Source: Blastocladiella emersonii ATCC 22665 (taxonomy: Eukaryota; Fungi; Blastocladiomycota). From it: 64,000 nucleotides of DNA. Below are positions 32,087 to 46,511 of this stretch, piece after piece. The position numbers and the translations under genes are program-made. The notes beneath the pieces are model-generated. The model saw only the letters and a program-made list of their open reading frames with translations. It was not told the origin of the DNA and searched no databases. The stretch's first letter is position 1; the number at the start of each line of letters is the position of its first letter. The stretch is taken from assembly GCA_025594325.1 (NCBI GenBank), contig JANHCV010000011.1, forward strand, positions 558,001 to 622,000, written 5' to 3'.

Positions 32087-33422
32087 TTAGGCCTTGTACT
32101 GGTCGGCGATGAACTTGGACAGGATGACGCGCTGGATCTGCGACGTGCCCTCGTAGATCTGGAAGATCTTGGCGTCGCGGTACAGCTTCTCGACGGGGTA
32201 CTCGGTGTTGAAGCCGGCACCGCCAAAGACCTGGACGGCGTCGGCGGCGCACTTGTTGGCAACGTCGGCGGCCATGCACTTGGCGGCGGACGCGTAGTAC
32301 GTGTTGCGCTCACCGCGGTCGCGCATCTCGGCCGAGCGCCACACGAGCAGGCGCGAGGCCTCGATGCCCATGGCCATGTCAGCGAGCATGAAGGACACGG
32401 CCTGGTGGTTGATGATGGCGGTGCCCATGGTCTTGCGCTGGGTGGCGTAGGTGGCGGCCTCGTGGAGGCAGCGACGAGCGAGACCGACAGCGGCGGCGGC
32501 GACGAGCGGGCGGGTGATGTCGAAGGCGCCCATGGCGATCTTGAAGCCCTCGCCCTCCTTGCCCAGCACGTTCTCGGCGGGCACCACGACGTCCTCGAAC
32601 GTCACGGCGCGCGTGTCGGAGGCGCGCTGGCCCATGTTGATCTCCTTGCGGCCGAGCGTGATGCCGGGCGAGTCGGCGTCGACGATGAAGCCGGTGAAGG
32701 CCTTGCCGGCGGGCGTCTTGGGGTCCTCGGCAGTGCGAGCGAGCACGAAAAACCAATTTGCGTGCCCCGCCGAGGTGATCCACTGCTTGCCACCGTTGAT
32801 AACGTACTTGTCGCCCTTCTTGACAGCGCGGGTCTTGAGGCCAGCGACGTCGGACCCGGCGCCGGGCTCGGTCACACCGTACGAGGCCATGAGCGGCTCC
32901 TCGGTCATGCGGCCGAGGTACTTCTTCTTCTGGGCGTCGTTACCAGCGAGAATCACGGGCGCTTGCTACGAATGGAGTGCGAGAGTGAGTGGTGGTTCAT
33001 GGGGGAGCTGTCGGTTCGACCAAGAGTCGACCCAGCCGAGCAAGCGCGACGCGTACCGCAAGACCGTTGGCCTCGATAGCCGTCTGGACACCGGTGCAGC
33101 CGAAGGCCAGCTCCTCGGAGATGAGGGCGCCGTCGAACACGCCGAGGCCGAGGCCGCCGTAGGCCTCGGGGATGTGGATGTTGACGAGACCGAGCTCCCA
33201 CGCCTTCTTGATAATCTCCTTGGGGAACTCGCCGGTGCGGTCGTGGTGCGCGGCCTTGGGGATGATCTCCTCGGCGGCAAACTTGCGGGCGAGCTCCTGG
33301 AACTCGCGCTGGGTCTCGGACAGCACGAACGAGACGCCGGCGGGGGCGGCAGACGCCGACGCGAAGGCGCGCGTGGCGGCGGGCGTGGACGCCAGACGGG
33401 CAGCAGCAGTGCGAAGCATCAT
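32087..33422 (-). CDS. ACADM: Medium-chain acyl-CoA dehydrogenase, mitochondrial; intron 33056-32966
   Basis: [12 protein letters not shown]-like start, [84 protein letters not shown]. Confidence 0.95.
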
Positions 33423-34496
33423 GGAAGAGAACTACGTTGTCGATACGTGTTGAGGGGAGCGAGCGCGGCCGGGGGGGCGCGCCGCCTTATGTACGGGCGG
33501 TCCCGTCTCCCAGGGCGCGCGGCCCGGGTTCGCCTCGGGTTTCTCTTCGCTCGACCACGGCGATCGGCCAAGGCCCGCGTCGGAATCCGCCTCGCCCTCG
33601 CCCGAGACCGCATGACCGGAATCAGACGGTCATTCGCGTCGTGCATCTTCAGCGCCTTGACATCACTCGCCCGCGCCACGCCGCGTGTGAAAACCGGGCA
33701 ACCCGGCTCGAAACGTGACGACCTGTCACTCGGCCTGTCAAGTTGTCTCTGCCTCGCACCGCACACGCGACTTCGCGGGGACGCGTCGAGTCTGGGGCGC
33801 GATGCCAGTCGTGGCCATCGGCTCCTGCCCGCGATGTTCGTGTTCGTCTCTCGTCGAGGCTAAGGTGATGGTCGCTGGCCATCGCGCGCAGGTGCTCAAC
33901 TTTGAGGCCATGGTCTCCTCAGCCATGGCCTCCTCAGCCGCGACAGCGATGGTCACTGAGAGGCAGCCATACTCGAGACTTCTGCATAGCGAGGGCGAGT
34001 TGAGGTAGCAGCGACTGGCCATCGCGCTTGAAGTCCGGCAATCGTTTCGCCCGCGATTCGACTGTGTTCGTCGCGGCGACAGATGCTCCTCCATCGAGTC
34101 GGCACCCTTCTTCGCAGCACAGCCTAGCATCAGCCGCACGTGTCGACCACCGCTACCCTCGGTTCGCGTTGGGCGGAGGAGCCGCTCGTCCGGGAGGCCG
34201 CAGAGCCCATGCCCAGCGCGCCGTTTGCTCCACGACGCGTCACTCATCCTGGTCGAGGTCGATGCCCAGCGAGAAGCGTCGGGTGGGTCATCGTTTGCAG
34301 TTGGAGCACCTCGACAACAAAGAAACACGAGCGAGTGATTCAGAACCCATCATATATATAAATGAACTCGTTCAAAGAGGGGGTGGCCGGAGCGAAGCGG
34401 CACGCAAGCAGGCGACAGCAAAGGAGGGGGGAGGTGGAGGGATGGTGGGCAAGTCGACGAGGACGCGCTCACATCACACACACACGACCGGCGACC

Positions 34497-36011
34497 TTAG
34501 GCGAGCGAGGGGAAGGCCTTGGTGTCGTTGATGTTGACCGAGGCCGAGCCGGCGGCGCCCTTGCGGGCAGCGGGGGCCGAGCGGGGGGCGGCGGGGCCGC
34601 GGGCACCACCGCGAGCGGGGCCACGAGCGTCGCGCTCGGGGCGGTCGTTGCGGCGCTGCGACGCCTCCTCGGTGAACTTGACCTGGATGTCGACGGTGGC
34701 CTTCTGCTTCTTCTCCTTTTGCTTGATGGCAGCGGGCTTCTTGTTGCCCGAGAGAAGGGTGACGATGTCGTCCGACTCGTCGATCACGACCTTCTGCAGG
34801 ACCTGGGCGTTCTTCCACGACGACTCGTCGACGCCCTCGTTGGCGCGGCGCGCGGGCTTGGCCTTGAGCGAGGTGCGCTTGGCGGCGAGCTCCTTCTGGT
34901 AGTCGCCGAACGTCTTGGTCTTCTCCTCCTCCTCGACGGCGGGCTTGGCCTCAGCCTTGGTCTCGCCCTCGGCCGTCTCGGTGGCGGCGAGCGCCTCCTC
35001 GGCCGACTGGCCCTCCTTGGCGCCAGTGGCGTCGACGGCATCACCCCACGAGTGGCCGGCAACCTCCTTCTTCTCGCCGTCGGTGCGGCCGGTGGCCGAG
35101 CGACGGTCGTGCTCGCGGCGGGGCGGGCGGTCGCCACGGGGGGCGCGGGGCTCGCGGGGGCCGGTGCGGTCACCGCGGGGCTCGCGGCGGACGCGCTCGC
35201 CCGAGGCGGGGGCGCCACCGGTGAAGTCCTCGGTGTTGCCCTCGCGGGGCTGGCGGGGAGCCGAGGCGCGGCCTAGCGGTGGTGCACGAGGGTCAGCGAC
35301 TCGGTCGTCGTCGGTCGCGTGGGCGATGGCGCGCGTCGCGCTGCGCTGCGCGTGCGCTCGTGTGGCCGTTGTGATCATGGTCGGCGTGCGGGTAGTGCGG
35401 AACGGCATGCACGGGCGGTTCACAGGGACCGCCATGCATGTCGTGCCATGCAAGGGATCGGACGCGGCGAAATAGCAACGAGACAGGGACCGCGCGAGGC
35501 GATGTTGGGCGCGTCCTGCAGAAGCCCGCAGCGAGCAGCGAGCGAACAGCAGCAGCAGAGTCGGCAGCAGCGGCAGCAGCAGGACCGCGAGTCCCCGCTC
35601 GGGCGTCGTCGAGGTGGCGTCGTGCGGTGGCGGTCGTGGTGGCGGCACGCAGTTCCCACGCTCGACGGGTCGATTGTGACGTCGCCGTTTCGCGCGTTCG
35701 CTCCACATCACGCCGGATCCATCCGCTCACGGCGCGCGTAAATTGGAGACGCATGATCACAACGGCGGCAGCACGGGCGCAGCGCAGCGCAGCGGCGGCG
35801 CACCAGCGGCGGCGGAGACAGCGCACATACCACCACGGCCGCGGGGGGCACCGGCCGAGCGGGTGTCGCGGCGCTGCTGCTGCTCGCGGGGCTTCTTCTC
35901 GGCCTTGGGGGCCTCAGCGACGGGGGCGACCTCCGCCTTCTTGGTGGCGGCGGACACGACCGAGGCGTCGTCCGACAGGAGCGCAAACGGGTTGTTCGCG
36001 AAGACAGTCAT
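34497..36011 (-). CDS. STM1: Stm1/SERBP1/HABP4-family ribosome-hibernation RNA-binding protein; exons 36011-35831, 35272-34497
   Basis: N-terminal NPFALLSDD, RGG motifs, REHDRRSATGRTDGEKKEVAGHSWGD, KTFGDYQKE and C-terminal NINDTKAFPSLA*. A phase-1 GTATGT...CTGAC...TAG intron joins the exons. Confidence 0.9.
35328..35804. repeat. Imperfect ~50-bp inverted repeat (arms 35328-35379 and 35752-35804) within the Stm1 intron
   Basis: A perfect 15-bp core GCCGTTGTGATCATG (35365-35379) pairs with CATGATCACAACGGC (35752-35766). Pairing extends through GCTGCGCTGCGC-rich flanks with bulges. Confidence 0.85.
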
Positions 36012-36373
36012 TGCTGTGCGGGTGGGTGGGAGTGGTGTCGAAGGTGCTTGCGTGACGTCGTCCAACGAAACGGGAGAAGACGTTGGCCGCGGCGGCGACG
36101 GCCCGGATGGATCGCCGTGGGCTCGCCTGCGCGGCCGACGGCGGCGGGCACGGCCACGGCGAACCATCCGCTCTCGCTCCACTCGACGCCCTCGCTGTGC
36201 GCCACATCAGGTGACGCTGCTCAGGGTCCGCCACTGTGGCGCCGCGCTCGCATCGCGTTGCGCCGCCTGTGCTCGAGCGTAGCGCATCCGCGGCGGGAGG
36301 CAGGATCGCGACGGCACAACAAGGAGAGGTGCGCTAAAAACGTTTACTGTATTACGCGATTATATGAGGGGAG

Positions 36374-39300
36374 CTAATACTTCTTCGGCCGTGGGCCCGC
36401 ACTCGCGAACCCTCCTCGCCCGCTGCTCGCCGGCGGCCGTGGCAGTGGCGGGAGCGGCAGCCGCGGCAGGTCGCCGTCAGAATCCCGCGCGAGCCCCGGC
36501 GTCCCGCGCCCGTCTGGCCGGTCGCTCTCGCGGTCGCGAGCGAATCCCGGCGTACCGCGGCCATCGGGTCGGTCGCGGTCACGATCTCGATCTCCGCCCT
36601 CGAAGACACGGCGCTGGAGTGACGGCTCGCCGTTCTGAGGGCAAGGCCGATCGTCGTCATGGCGAGCAGATCGAGGCGGTGGTGGACGCGGAGACGCGCC
36701 GCCGTCGTCCATGCGTGGCGTTGACGCGCGTGACGCTTGAGCGGACCGCGGTGATGGCGGGCGAGATGCTCGAGCAGATCGGGGTGAGGGCGGCCGAGAC
36801 GACTGGCCGCGGGGCGTCGGTGCTCGGGAAGACGGTTCGCGCGGCGTCGGCGCGCGGGAGGGCTGGTCCCGCGGCGAGTCGGTCCCCCTGCGCACACGGA
36901 GCGGCGGCGGCGGCGGCAGCGAATCCGCCGGCCGGGACTGCGCAGGCGCTGATGGGCGCGGTGGTGGCGCGGACGGTCGCGCGGGCAGGTCGGCGGTGCT
37001 ACTATTCCGCGACGAGGACGACGACAGCGCACCGGAAGCGGGCGGCCGCTTGGCGAGGGCCACGGCCGTGCGGCGGTGGTACGCGTCGGCCGACTCGGCC
37101 TCGGGTTCGGGGGCGCGGCGCTTGGCCGGAGCGATCGGCGCACCGCTGCCCTCGGACCCGCGGCGGCGGCGGTCGTCGCGCTCGTCGCGCTCGTCGGGTG
37201 ATGGCGGCGACCGGGGCGACGCCGGCGGCGGGTGCTGCATCTGCGACTCGGACATGGTGTACTCGGTGGGCCGCAGGTTGACGGGGCACGGGCCGTTGAC
37301 GCGCGGGATCGATTTGAGCGGGCGGTACACGCCGCGCTCGCGCGCGTGGCGGATGAGGTCGCCCCAGTTCTTGTTGCGCTCGAGCGCCGACGCGCTGCCG
37401 ACGACGAACAGCGAGAATTTGGCGCGGGTCAGGGCCACGTTCATGCGGCGCTCGTCGGCCACGAACCCGATCCCGCTGCCGCCGCGCCCGTTCCCGCCGC
37501 CGCCGTTGGGCGACGGCGTCGGGTCGGCGCGCACCGTGGAGATGATGATCACGTCCTTCTCCTGGCCCTGGAACCCGTCGACCGTGTTCACGTCCACGTA
37601 CTCGAGCACCGCGCGGTCGTACACGGCGACGAGCGCGTCCTGGATGCGGCGCTTCTGCTCCTTGTACGGGGTGATGATGCCGACGCGCGAGCAAAAGTTG
37701 GTGCGCGGATGCGCGCGGACGAGCGAGTCGAGCAGGTGCAGCACGGCGCGCACCTCGGCCTCGTTGTGCAGCGACTGCCCGACGCGCGACCGCGCCTGCG
37801 TGCCCTCCACGTCAAAGAAACGCATCGGGCCGAACGTGCCCGACGCGTGCGTGTACCACGGCGCAATGTGGTCCTCTTCGGACACGCCGTCGCGCAGCCG
37901 CCCTTCGTAGAAGATGCGCGACGGGAAGTAGCTGATCTGCGGGTGCATGCGGTACTGGATCTCGAGCAGCAGCACGTCCTCCGGCCGCTGCTTCTGCACC
38001 CGCACGAACAGCGACTGCTCGTAGTTGAACTTTTTCGCCTCGAGCGACAGCACCGTGGGCGGGAGCTGGTTCGGGTCGCCGACGAGCACGCACTGCTTGG
38101 CGCCGAGCCGCAGCGGGATCAGCGACGACAGCTCGACGCTCTGCGCGGCCTCGTCGATGATGACCACGTCGAACCCGCGCACGAGCTGCGTCAGCTGCTC
38201 CTGGCCCGCCGTCGACAGCGTGGCGGCGACGATCTGGGCGCGGTCGAGGATGCGCTGGCGGCACTGCATGCGGGCCGACTCGAGCGCGCGCGACGACTCG
38301 GTCTTGTGGCTGCGGTGCGCGTCGAGCTGCGCAAACACGTCGCGGCGGCGCGCGTACAGCGACTTGAGCTCGAGGTCGAGGGCGTTGGCGCGCTCGAGGT
38401 CCATGGCCTCCTGCGCCTCCTCGCGCTCGCGCGTGAGCCGGTCCTTGTCCTCCTGGATCCGGTTCTTCTGCTCGAGCAGGTCGCGCCACTGCGCGTCCAT
38501 GTCGCCGGCGACCTCGGCCATGCCCTGCAGCTCCTCGTCCACCAGGTCGTCGAGCGCCACGTTGCGCACGTCCGGGTGCACCACGTCGCTGTTGCCGACG
38601 CGCACCACGCGCGGCACGAAGATGGCGCCCGTGTCGTGGTCGCGCACGCCGCGCAGCACGCGCTTGGCGATCTCGTCGACGGCCGCGTTGGACGGCGCGC
38701 ACACGAGCACGCGCGGCGTCTTGCCGAGGAACGCGCCGAGCAGACCCAGAATGGTCTTCGTCTTGCCGGTCCCGGGCGGGCCCTGGATCAGCGTGAGCCC
38801 GAGCGTCTCGACGGCCGTGATCACGGCGCGCGCCTGCGGCCGGTTGAGCGTGTGGATGCGCCCGACGCGGACGACCTCGGACGGGTCCGGGTCGACACGG
38901 GTGCGCGGCTGCGGGTCGAGGATCTCGTCAGCGAGCGGCATCGCGGGGAGCGCGACGAGCGCGCCGTACTCGCGGTACGACGTCACGAGCGAGAAGACGC
39001 GGTACATGCGCAGCTTGATCCCGCCGCGCACGCCCGTTGCGCGCAGGCTCACGCACACGCTGATCTCGGCGAGCTGGCCGCGCATGTACGCCACTTTGTT
39101 GACCTTGCCGAGCACCGCGATGCCTTTTTCCGCGGGCGCGGCGGGCGTCGGAGCGGCGCCGCCGGCGAGGATGCGTAGCAGGTCGTTGCCCGTGGCGCCG
39201 CCCTTGGGCAGCTGGTTCCCGGTGCCGCTATTGCCGGCGTCGCGGCGCTGGCGCTTCTGCAGCGACTCGTTCTCCTCGTACGTGGCGTCCGTGAGGTACA

Positions 39301-42300
39301 CGACGTCGAGCTCCTGGACGCCGGCGTCGCGGGCCTCGCGGGCGGGGAGGATGAGTTTGAGTTCCATAGTGTGCGACTCGATGGACACGTCGACGATTTC
39401 GGGTTCGGCGGGCTTGCGCATCCCCTCCTCGCGCGCGCGCTGCAGCTGCTGCCAGCACTCGAGGAGGAGCAGCGGTTCGAAGATGCGGTAGTACTCGTCG
39501 ACCGAAGAGAACCGGTCGGGGATGACGCGCGGGCGCGGGGGTTCCTGGCCGCCGGCGAACTTGACGACGGGCCGATCGCCGCCGGCGTGGAAGTCCCACT
39601 GCACGATGGCGCGCTCGAACGACTCGACGGGCGGGAGGAGCTTGTGGCGGAGCAGGCCCGAGGCGCCGCCGATGCGGCCGGCCGCGCCCGGGTTCATGCC
39701 GGGGATCCCGATCACCTGGACCTGCTTCTTCTGCGCGGCGCCGGCGCCGACGACCGCGACGGTACGCCGATCCTTGCCCGCGGCGCCGCCGCTGACCGAG
39801 TTGATCATCTGGAGCCGCTTCTCCTCGGTGCGGCGGCGGATTTCCTCGGTGCGCCGCGCATCGGCCTCCTCGGCCTCCTTCTTGCGCGCCTCCTCCTGCG
39901 CGAGCAGCTCCTCGCGCGTCACGACGGGTTTGCGCGGGACGATGGGCGCGGGCGGCGGGCGTTCGGCCGCGGGCGTCGACGAGCGCGTGAACGACGGGGT
40001 CTTGATGGACACGGCGGGCGAGCCGCGCGACTCGGGCTTGCTGCTGCCCGCCTTCGTGAACCAGCCGTCGAGCGTGCCACGGGCCTTGCCGGCGGCGACG
40101 AGGCTGGCGGTGCTGTTGCTGGCCGATGGCGGCGGCGGCGGCGAGGTGACCTCGATGATGTCGCCGTCCTCGTCGTCGTCCGAGTCCATTTTGACGTAAA
40201 AGTCGTCGTCGGGGATCGGCGGGCTCACGGGGCCGCCCGCGGTGCCGCGCGCTGCGGCCGGGGTCGGAACCGCGACGTTGGGCAGGATCTTGATCCCGTA
40301 CGCGGACGGCGCAGCGGGACCGGCGGGTGGTGGTGGTGGCGGCTTCTCGGGCGACGTGAGGTCGATGACCGGAGTCGACTGCGCCTGCACGGGTTGTGGT
40401 GGCGGAGCAGGTCGCGCCGCGGCCATGACGGTGAACGGCGTCGAGCCAAACTTGCCCATGGACGGCATCTGCTTGCGCGCGTCGATCATCTGCTGCTTCT
40501 TCTCAGCGGCGGCCCTGGCGGCAGCGATCTCGAAGGCGGCGCGGTCGGCGGGCGGGGCGCAGAAGAAGGAGACGTGCTCGAAGAGGCGGGCGCGCTTGTC
40601 CTCGTTGAACGTGGACTTTTTCCCCCTGGTGTCGGTGGCGATCTTCTCGACGAGGGCGACGGCGGGCTCGGTGAGCGGGATATCCTTGGCGCGGCACAGC
40701 GCGAGCGTCTCATCGAGCAGGCTGTAGACGGTCTCGGCAATGTCGACGTCACTGACGCGCGCCCACCGGGTCAGGCCGACGACGAGCTCGGACATGGCCG
40801 TCACGTACGGCGAGTCGGCGGCGGGCCAGCACGCGGTGCCGGCGGGGAGCCGGCCGATGATGCGTAGCAGGTTGCGGCAGTACTCGTGGGCGACGAGCTG
40901 CGTCGCGTTGAAGGCGTCGAAGTCGTCCTCGGAGCTCGCGTCGTTGTTGCCGATGAACAGGCCGACCGTGTAGAAGGAGGCGAGGAACCGCGTGAAGCAC
41001 GCGAACGCGTCGGGACGCCTTACGATGCCGACCATCTCGTCGCCAAACTTGAGCAGACGCTGCATGGCGTGCACGAACACGGCGCGGTACGCCTTGCCGA
41101 GTTTGGTGGAGTTGAGGGCGGAGAACCGGTCGAGCAGGTCGAGCGAGGCGGGCAGCATGCCCGGCAACTTGGCGAGCATCGACTGGCGCGTGCCGAACTG
41201 CGCCTGGGTCTCGAAGTGGTGCATCATCCACTGGTTGACGGTGGTGGTGACCTCGGTCGCGGTGCACGTCATGAGCGCGGGGAGCCACGCCGTGACGCGC
41301 GGCGCCGCGATGACGGCGGCGGTCAGGGCGGGGTCGTGCAGCAGGACGCTCTTGACGAGCTTGGGCAGCGCGAGGGCGTACTGCTCGAACCGCGCGTTGT
41401 AGATCTCGATGACGGCGCCGGGCACGGCGTGCCACGTCTCGCACAGCGGCGGGTGCGCGAGCACGCGGCCGCACGACTCGATGAGCGTGACGATCACGTC
41501 GGGCTCGAGCCGCGGCACGATCGCGTCGAGCGCCGTGTCGTCCACGAGGAGGCTGATGACCGGCGGCACGGTCAGGTCCTGCGGCAGGTACGACAGAGTC
41601 TCCTCGGCCTGGAGCAGCGCGCGCTCCCAGATGGCGACGAGCCAGGCGGCGTCGTAGGCGACGACGCGCGCGATTGCCTGGTTGCCCAGGTCGTCACGCG
41701 GGCGGTCGCCGAGGTAGCCGACGATGCGCGCGCGGACGGTGGGCGCGGCGAACGCGGTCCATGGCGCGGCCGAGTTGAGCGGCGTGTCGGGGGTCGAGAA
41801 CATGGACACGAGGCCGAGGGCGAGGCGCAGCATGATCTCGCGCATGTCGGCCGAGATGGGCGCGGGGACGGGCGCGCGCGGGAGGCCCGTGATCAGCATG
41901 TCGACGACGCGGTCGTACACGACGGCGAAGCAGTGCTTGCGCGGGGTGACGTGGTGCATGTGCGTGAGGAAGGGGACGATCCAGCCGATGAGGCGGGCCG
42001 GCACCGCGAGCATCGGGTTGGCCGTCAGGCCGGCCGCGGTCGCGATGTCGCACTCGGGGAGCGCGGCGACGTGGGCGGGGAGATTCTATGCGTGCGCGGC
42101 GGTTCATGAGCGACGTGATGGAGGGTCGATCGGGAATCACAGGCGCGTACCGACAGCGCATCGGTGCGGGCGAGGTACTGGGCCAGGTACGGGTGGTTGA
42201 GAACGCCCTCGATGAAGGCGACGGGGTGCTGCTCGGACTGGAACGTGGCCGGCGGCAGGGCGTCCGCGGCGGCGGCGTCGTCGCCCGAGACGGCGCGGGC

Positions 42301-42390
42301 GAGCTCGGCGAGCTGGGCAAAGAAGGCGGGCTCGTCGCCGAGGGCCACGCCCTTGGCAAACGACTGGAGGAAGGCGGCCGGGGGCATCAT
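36374..42390 (-). CDS. SEN1: Sen1/senataxin superfamily-1 RNA/DNA helicase; intron 42150-42086
   Basis: LIQGPPGTGKTKT, VLVCAPSNAAVDEI, VIIDEAAQSVELSSLIPL, VGDPNQLPPTV, QYRMHPQIS, VDGFQGQEKD, RRMNVALTRAK; PDRFSSVDEYYRIFEPLLLLECW precedes the helicase domain; long helical N-terminus. Confidence 0.93.
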
Positions 42391-43169
42391 CGGCGTCGGG
42401 CGACCGGGTGCGACGCGCGGGCCAAAGGCGGTTTAATGGAGCAGCAGCAGCGGATCGGCGGGCTGTGCCGCGAGATGCATGTGAATTCCGTGGATTGCCG
42501 ATGGTCGGCCGCAGGGGTCGGTGGCCGCGACGAGTCGGGTCGGGACGAGGGACGGCGAGGTGAGACGGTGCGCTTCGACTCACCGCTGCAGCAGTGATCA
42601 CGGCCGCATGAGCGCGCTGCCATCCCTGTCGGCGCGGGAGGCACACGTGCGCCCAGCGTGATGGAATGCGAGGCAACGGGATAGCCCATGGGCCATCACG
42701 AAATGAGGGCAAAGCCGCCCACGTGCGTGTGGCGCCGCAGCTGGTCTTGTTCATATCGCCGCCGGGCTGACGCGCCGCCTTCATCATGTTGGCGCGGCCA
42801 GCGCAAGGGCGCGGCCGAGCTGTGTGTGTGTGTTCGCTTGTGGTGCCTGCGTGCGTGCGTTCCTGCAGCAGAGTGCTGCGCCTCCCTCGCCCATAAGAGG
42901 TGCCCGCGTCCCCGCCGACCTTCCACTTTGACCGCCAACTTCCGTCCGCGCTCTCTCTCTCCCACATCAAGTGTGCCACTCGCCACAGACTCGACGCAGC
43001 TCACGCATCGACACTTCCCGCCTTGCTCGCGCTCCACTCCTGCCGCGACCTCGCCGGACCTGCCTGCTGCGCCCGCGTGCTGCACTCTCGACGACTGCCG
43101 CCACCGACTTCAACGACTGAGCAGAGAGACGGACCGGAAGCCTACCCGCATCCCACTACCACCGCCACC

Positions 43170-44469
<1,300 letters not shown>

Positions 44470-44661
44470 ACGTTTGTCATTGATTCTTCCTAGTTTCCCT
44501 TCCATCTCATTTGTTTCCTCCACTCTCTACCACGTACCTGCACTGTTGCATCCTGTACATATAACTTCGATGTCACTTGCCTCATCATCGTCTGCTGCTG
44601 GTTCAAGGGAGGGAATGATGTGTGTATATGTGCAACTGCTTGAATATCTCGCGGACACGTC

Positions 44662-46511
44662 TCAGTAGTGCCCCGCCATCGCCGCGCGCGCGTGCTCGTC
44701 GCTCTCGACACCCATGAGCCCCGGCCCGTCGTGCTCGGGCGGGAGGCCCGGGTGCTTGAACTTGATCTCGCGCTGGAGCGCGGTCGAGAGCGAGGCGACG
44801 TTAGCCGAGAGCCCGAGGTGCGACTGCAGGAACAGGCCGACGTCCGTGTTCTCGTGGTTGCCTCGCAGCGCCTCGGATCCACGCCCGTACGCGTACAGGT
44901 TCACGTCGACCCCCGAGTGGCCGTGCGTCGACCACCCGAGCTGCGCACGCACCGAGATGGCCGTGGCCAGCGCGTACTCGCGCTCGGTGCCGAGCCGCGC
45001 CGGGTCGCACAGGTACGCGAGCTCGTCGGGCGTCAGGTCCGTGACGCCGAGGTCGCGGGCCACGAGGTCGGCGACGAGCTTCTCGGGCGACTTGGGGCCC
45101 GCGGGTGAGGCGAGCTCCGAGTTGATGGCGGCGGCGAGGGCGACCGTCGACTTGCGCTGGCGCGCGACCACGTCGGGCTTCCACAGGTACTCGGGGTACT
45201 TGGCCGAGACCTGGCGGGCAAGGGCGAGGCCGCCCGTCTCGTGGTCCGAGGTGCTGACCATGACCGTGTCGGGGTGGCGGTCGACAAAGGCGCGGACGGC
45301 GGCAATGGTGCGGTAGTACATGAGGATCTCGTGGGCGTGGGTGCCCGGGTCGTTGGAGTGGGCGGCCATGTCGATGCGCGAGCCCTCGATCATGAGGAAG
45401 AAGCCGGGCGACGTCGGGTCGGCGTCGGTCGCGTTGCGCAGGAGCTCGAGGCCGCGCACGGCCATGTCGACGAGCGCGGGCTCCTTGGCCGGGTCGCGGT
45501 CGAGCTCGTACGACATGTGGTCGGGCGTGAAGACGCCGAGCGCGGGCAGCTGGGTGCTCGACGTCAGCGCGTCGAAGTCGGCGCGCGTCGTCAGGACCGT
45601 GAGCCCCTGCTGCTTGGCCTCGGCGAGAAGGTCGCGCTCGTCTTCGCGGATCGACTCGGGGTGGCCGAGCGGCACAAAGTGGCGGCGGCCCCCGCCGAGC
45701 ATCAGGTCGGCCGAGCGGCCAATGAGCGGGAGGTCGCCCAGCTGCTGCTCGGCAATGTCGTTCTCGTAGTCGCGCCACAGGACGTGCGAGTTGAACGAGG
45801 CCGGGGTGGCGTGGGTGATGCGCGAGGTGACGACGAGGCCTGTCTTGTAGCCGGCGAGCTTGGCGGCCTCGAAGACAGTAGCGCAGGGCTGCTGGTCGGC
45901 CGTGACTACGACGAGATGGAGCGTGAGATGAGGATCACGGATGCGATCACACCCAAGGAAACCGTACCGCCAATGGCGCCGTTGTACGACTTGCGGGCGC
46001 ACGAGAAGGCGGTGGCGCCGGCGGCCGAGTCGGTGACCCAGCTGCTCGAGGAGCGTGTGCGCGAGGTGCCGACGAGGATCTCGTCGAGCGGGGTGGTCGG
46101 CCCCCACCAGTCGGCGGGCGCGCCGTCGCGGTTCGAGTCCTTGTCGCCGCCGCGGCCGAGCTCGTGGAACATGGTGCGGCCGAAGGTCTCGGAGGCGGGG
46201 CCGAAGCCGTCCGACACCATCATGATCACGTTGCGCTTGCGGGCAGCGGGCGGCGAGGTGGAGGCGGGCGGGGCGTGGATGCCGGCGTGCGGGTCGACGC
46301 GGCCGTCGCGGCCCAGCACGTCGTGGCCCGTCAGGGCGAGCAGCAGGCCGCCGCCCAGGACCACCGACACGGCCGTCAGCAGGGCAATGGCCGTCTTGGC
46401 CGACGCGTTGAACTTGGCCGACGATTTGGGCGCGGGCAGGGCGCGCTCGGCGTCGACGACGGGCGAGACGGCGAGGAGCGGGTCGCGCTCCGAGGTGTTG
46501 GGCGCGGCCAT
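44662..46511 (-). CDS. PHO8: Membrane-anchored (vacuolar-type) alkaline phosphatase; intron 45967-45906
   Basis: NVIMMVSDGFG, active-site VTDSAAGATA, ITHATPASF, FLMIEGSRIDMAAHSND, TSDHETGG and GHSGVDV. One N-terminal TM helix. Confidence 0.95.

Noticed and set aside
33430-34490. ORFs between ACADM and Stm1
   Set aside because: No coherent codon bias or motifs; consistent with promoter and terminator sequence.
35273-35830. C/D snoRNA or TPP riboswitch in the Stm1 intron
   Set aside because: No proper RUGAUGA/CUGA pair (the only CUGA is the branch point) and no TPP aptamer core motifs seen. An H/ACA or novel RNA is not excluded.
37232-42109. Several 400-650-aa plus-strand ORFs
   Set aside because: Antisense shadows of Sen1.
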